Shown piece after piece: positions 44,896-48,466 of a DNA stretch of 48,466 nt. The stretch's first letter is position 1. Every line of letters begins with the position of its first letter. Under the pieces are notes generated by a model, which ran no database searches, was not told the DNA's origin, and saw only the letters and a list, made by a program, of their open reading frames with translations. This DNA is from Pseudomonadota bacterium (lineage in GTDB: Bacteria; Bdellovibrionota; FAC87; UBA2466): contig JAYSWN010000189.1 of the NCBI GenBank assembly GCA_043718025.1, positions 1 through 48,466 of the forward strand, given 5' to 3'. A program made the position numbers and the translations under genes.

Positions 44896-46347
44896 TCACT
44901 CACCCCATTTAGGCGCATGGGCTTCTAGGCAGGCATTGGCAAGAGTTTCGGTGGTCCACAATTTATAGTGTTCAGAGGATGCACAGAGTTTCACTTTGGG
45001 GTTAGCTTCGAAGTTCACTTCACGCGCAGTCAGCAAGGCACCGTTTTTAAATTCAGTCAGCGAATCAATATGGCGGGTGTCTATCTTCCAATACCAGAGC
45101 GACAGCGCAGGGTAGAGCCAGTCGGCATCGGACAGCGAATGCCCCTGCAACTCTGCCAAACCCATTGCCTTCATGGCCGCAATTTTTGGGCGGAATTGAA
45201 AAAAATCGGCGTAGGGTTTACGTCGCATCGAAAAGGGAAATAGGTTCCATAAAACTTGGTAAAAGATAGCAAGCTTGAGGGCCCAGCGGCGTATCGCGTG
45301 TGGTTCGGCACGCCACAACGTGCCTTGCCACGCCAAGAGCCGTGTCACCCCGGTTACCGCCATGATGTTAACGAAAGCAATGGCCGGATAGGTATAGTGG
45401 TGAAAAAGTTTACCCAACACTCCGTTGGCTACGCCAAACAGCAATAGCCCTACCAATCCAAAGAAGAAAAACGAGCGCTCGTCTGTCCTCTTGGCCGCCG
45501 CCCCCACGCCAATCAAAGCCAGCACGACGTGAAAAGGATGCAGCCGGGCGATCAGAATAAGAAAGTTAATTTGATCCGCAAAAAAATGCCTCGACTGAGT
45601 GGCCCGTTTGAAAAACGCTAAATAAAAATAGCGATCCCAAAATGGAAACTCGGCAAACACAGTCTGAATGGCGATAGCGGCCAACCCACAAATCACCGTG
45701 AGACCGCCCCATAGTAACAACGGCTGAAAGGCTTTCTTTTCGATCGTTCCCCAGTAAAAAATCAGAGCCAAACCAGGCAAAAGGGCAATGCCCTTGGTAA
45801 AAAAGGCGGCAACAAAGAGCAAAGCCGCCCCGAGCAGCCACCAAAAGTGGACTTTGGCTAACCCACGATCAAAGAGATCAAGACTGGCGACGAAGAAAAA
45901 AAAGTAAGTGGGCTCCAGGTACGGCGTGGCGAAGCGCCCCACAAACGGAGCGCTCACCACGGTAAGAAAGGAAAAAAGGTTGGCGCGAAACGCCCCAAAG
46001 TTACGGCTTAAGAAACTATGGAAAAAAAACAGCGTACCGCAGCCAAAAATAAGGGAGGGGAGCCGCGCGGTAAAATCGCTAGCGCCAAAACCACGAAAGA
46101 AAAACCCCTGAATCCACATGAACAGATAGGGATGATCGGGAAAATCAGGAAAAAAATATTTGCCGCCGCCCACCGTCCAGCCACCGATTTCGGCAAAATT
46201 TCTGGCCATGAGCGAATAGATGGCGGGGTCGAGGGACAGCCCCTCTTCAAATAGCCGCGCCGAGGCGAAAAGAAAGACGACGAAAACCCAAAACCAGCTT
46301 TCGGCTGAAATTTTTAGGGCAGCATTTTTGGGAAGCGGAGTCATCAT
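44896..46347 (-). CDS. ArnT/GT39-like (GT-C) membrane glycosyltransferase
   Basis: LD-AIY--MARN, DHPYLFMW, F-ARLPS, TKG motifs; many TMs. Confidence 0.85.
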   Translation of the reverse strand: MMTPLPKNAALKISAESWFWVFVVFLFASARLFEEGLSLDPAIYSLMARNFAEIGGWTVGGGKYFFPDFPDHPYLFMWIQGFFFRGFGASDFTARLPSLIFGCGTLFFFHSFLSRNFGAFRANLFSFLTVVSAPFVGRFATPYLEPTYFFFFVASLDLFDRGLAKVHFWWLLGAALLFVAAFFTKGIALLPGLALIFYWGTIEKKAFQPLLLWGGLTVICGLAAIAIQTVFAEFPFWDRYFYLAFFKRATQSRHFFADQINFLILIARLHPFHVVLALIGVGAAAKRTDERSFFFFGLVGLLLFGVANGVLGKLFHHYTYPAIAFVNIMAVTGVTRLLAWQGTLWRAEPHAIRRWALKLAIFYQVLWNLFPFSMRRKPYADFFQFRPKIAAMKAMGLAELQGHSLSDADWLYPALSLWYWKIDTRHIDSLTEFKNGALLTAREVNFEANPKVKLCASSEHYKLWTTETLANACLEAHAPKWGE

Positions 46348-47588
46348 AGCGAGCGAGCCTCTTCGGCCTGTTTATGTCTGTTTTGCAAAAAAATAGCTTG
46401 GCCCATGGCGAGAAAGAAAATGGCCGCGGGCCCACCGTAGCTCGAATAAAAATGAGAATCAGTCAGGTTATTGAGCAAACCACCAAGGCCAGTAGATAAC
46501 GATATCATTACGACCATTGCCTCATCGCTCTGCGCAGCGACCTGCCCGAGCGCCACCCGCAAATTTCTCACCGCCGTTAACAACAAGTATATAAAGCACA
46601 CCAACCCCACCAGCCCGGTTCCACAAAGTAGATCTAAATAAAAGTTATGTACCTCTTCAGGCACCCAAAAATAGAGTTTTTTCTCTTCCTCGGTCAGGTA
46701 CTGTTTCTGATAAGTGCTGTAGCTGTGAAACCCTTTTCCAAACACCGGTGAATCACGAAACATTCGTAAACCACTTTTCCACAACGCCACCCGATCGCCG
46801 TTTTGACTGAGTTTAAGTAGCGTAAACCGATCGCGAAAGCCCCGATTGCTAGCCCCTACCCCGATGACCACGAGCCCCACGATTAAGGCCGGAATCACCG
46901 CCCGTCGTCCCAACTTCACCACGAGAATAAAAAGGGTGGCGACTATGGCGGCCAACCAGCTGCCGCGCGAAAAACTGGCGAACAGACCCAGCGCCGAAAA
47001 CAAAACCCCCGCCCCGCGCCAGAGGCGTTCTTGGGAATTGCGGGCAAACAAAAAAGTCGTAAACAGGTATTGAAAGAGCAAGAGCATGGGGAAGGCGAAA
47101 AGAGTGTGATGTCCCATTAAACCGCGCGCGTGAAAGCGCCCAACCGCGCCAACCACGGGGGCCAGCTCATGACTTTTAATTTGGGTCCATGACACCCCAA
47201 AATATTGCAACATGGCGAGACTACCGACTAGCACCGCCACGCCGCAGGCCAGGTTGTTTAAACGGCGTATTAAATCGGGATGCCTCACAAAAATGAAAAC
47301 CAGCGGAAAATACATTACGCAGTAACGAATTTTTCCGAGCGGGGCGAGCCACTCGTACGGCGCCGCCAAAATTATCGAAAGAGCCACCGCAATAAAGAAC
47401 GCGACCCACGGCTTTACTAGCGGATAGTCTAGCGCGTTTCTCCGCTCGGCCATGAGCCAAGCCGCCCCGCCCCAAATCAGCAGAATGGCCGAAAACAGAA
47501 CCAGCAAAGAACGAGAGAAAAAAAACGAGCCAAATAGCGCCAAAGTAAGCAGTGGAAGGGCGGTTTCGGTGAGTTTGGCGATTCGCAT
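46344..47588 (-). CDS. O-antigen ligase (WaaL/Wzy_C) family protein
   Basis: SFSRGSWLA, R-ALW--G--M-RDSPVFGKG, HNFYL-LL--TGLVG. Confidence 0.9.
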   Translation of the reverse strand: MRIAKLTETALPLLTLALFGSFFFSRSLLVLFSAILLIWGGAAWLMAERRNALDYPLVKPWVAFFIAVALSIILAAPYEWLAPLGKIRYCVMYFPLVFIFVRHPDLIRRLNNLACGVAVLVGSLAMLQYFGVSWTQIKSHELAPVVGAVGRFHARGLMGHHTLFAFPMLLLFQYLFTTFLFARNSQERLWRGAGVLFSALGLFASFSRGSWLAAIVATLFILVVKLGRRAVIPALIVGLVVIGVGASNRGFRDRFTLLKLSQNGDRVALWKSGLRMFRDSPVFGKGFHSYSTYQKQYLTEEEKKLYFWVPEEVHNFYLDLLCGTGLVGLVCFIYLLLTAVRNLRVALGQVAAQSDEAMVVMISLSTGLGGLLNNLTDSHFYSSYGGPAAIFFLAMGQAIFLQNRHKQAEEARSL

Positions 47589-47716
47589 GGCAAAAAGAAT
47601 AAATCGGGTAAGTCTTTAAGTATCCTAAACTTTTCTTAGCACCAAACATTGTTTTCTGACCCAGAGCAATACAATCAACGGGCTTATTAAGGGCCGCGAT
47701 AAAAGAAACCACGGGT

Positions 47717-47745
47717 TTGCCTCTTATTTTCAACCCCGCTATATT
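47717..47745 (+). promoter_or_regulatory. Putative sigma-70 promoter for yebC
   Basis: TTGCCT-17 bp-TATATT. Confidence 0.4.
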
Positions 47746-47775
47746 CTGACCCTTTGGTAAAGGAGCGTTAGACCG

Positions 47776-48466
47776 ATGGGTGCCCAATGGAAACAAAAAG
47801 GTAGAGTAGAAAACGCCGCGAAACGCGGTCAGTTGATCAGTAAAATGGTGAAAGAGATCATCATTGCCACCAAGCACGGCGACCCTGACCCTAACAATAA
47901 CGCTCGTTTACGTGCCGCGGTGGAAGCCGCCAAAAAGTCATCCGTACCGCGCGAAAACATCGAACGTGCCATAAAAAAAGGCGCCGGTTTGCTTGAGCCC
48001 GTAAATTACGAAACCGTAACCTTCGAAGGTTTCACCCCGCACAAAGTTCCGATCATCGTGGAATGCCTTACCGAAAACCGAAACCGCACTTCGGCCGACA
48101 TGCGAACGTTGTTTCGAAAAAATGCCAGCCTCGGGGCTTCGGGTTCGGTGGCCTATCAATTTAGCCACATGGGAATTGTTGTGGCGACGCCGGTTGATGC
48201 TAAAAGCGACATCGAAGAGGTTGCCATTGAAGTCGGCGCCCAAGAAGTGGAGCGCACCGACGACGGCGTGCAGTTCATCTGTGAGAAGGTAGATCTGGTC
48301 GCCACCACCAAAGCGTTGAGCGACCGAGGGTGGAACGTCACCACGTCTGAATTCGCGTACCTTGCGAAAGATCCGATGGCGGTGGAGGGGGAGGCCCGCA
48401 AAGAGATCGATGATTTCTTAACCGAGCTCGATGACAATGACGACGTTCACCGTATTTTTACGGCAC
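47776..48466 (+). CDS. yebC: YebC/PmpR family protein (3' end cut by the window edge; absent from the ORF track)
   Basis: AAGGAG RBS; MGAQWKQKGR, DP-NNARLR, P-ENIERAIKKG, ECLTENRNRT, LDDNDDVHRIF; open to the window edge. Confidence 0.93.
   Translation, partial: MGAQWKQKGRVENAAKRGQLISKMVKEIIIATKHGDPDPNNNARLRAAVEAAKKSSVPRENIERAIKKGAGLLEPVNYETVTFEGFTPHKVPIIVECLTENRNRTSADMRTLFRKNASLGASGSVAYQFSHMGIVVATPVDAKSDIEEVAIEVGAQEVERTDDGVQFICEKVDLVATTKALSDRGWNVTTSEFAYLAKDPMAVEGEARKEIDDFLTELDDNDDVHRIFTA

Noticed and set aside
47221..48437. Minus-strand ORFs of 218, 101 and 93 aa at the right end
   Set aside because: They overlap the O-antigen ligase out of frame or are antisense to yebC, which the ORF track missed because it lacks a stop in the window
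1..48466. CRISPR array, tRNA/rRNA, prophage, integrase or anti-phage defence genes
   Set aside because: No regularly spaced repeats, cloverleaf/rRNA signatures or such protein motifs were seen by eye; a covariance-model scan was not possible

Overview
This is a gene-dense, mostly core chromosomal segment from a diderm bacterium. The AglRQS-like motor, the many orphan secreted proteins and beta-barrels, and the sigma-54 usage suggest Bdellovibrionota/Oligoflexia or a related 'deltaproteobacterial' lineage; that assignment is an inference. Housekeeping genes: lysA, tdk, trmB, glyQS-ppdK-smc, acyl-CoA ligase, an RluA-family synthase, ruvCAB, htpX-trpS-scpAB and a partial yebC. Envelope genes: a GT2-methyltransferase fusion plus a GT-C, an ArnT-like GT, an O-antigen ligase, a PAP2 phosphatase, an ICMT-family methyltransferase and orphan tadB/tadC-like genes. 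I found no rRNA, tRNA, CRISPR array, integrase or transposase. Most notable: (1) an unannotated 187-bp element at 38639-38825, in which two inverted CGTC-tagged REP-like hairpins with GNA triloops bracket an internally deleted, still in-frame 37-aa GIY-YIG nuclease remnant; (2) a sigma-54 promoter with twin palindromic activator sites driving an Asr-like small protein ahead of a kinase/NtrC-family regulator/Kup cluster; (3) a TonB-less ExbB-ExbD-ExbD (AglRQS-like) motor co-oriented with two LPP20-like lipoproteins and an OM barrel; (4) a secreted protein with five 16-aa two-Cys repeats, tail-to-tail with a large clostripain-family protease. All family assignments come from motif recognition by eye, with no database searches.
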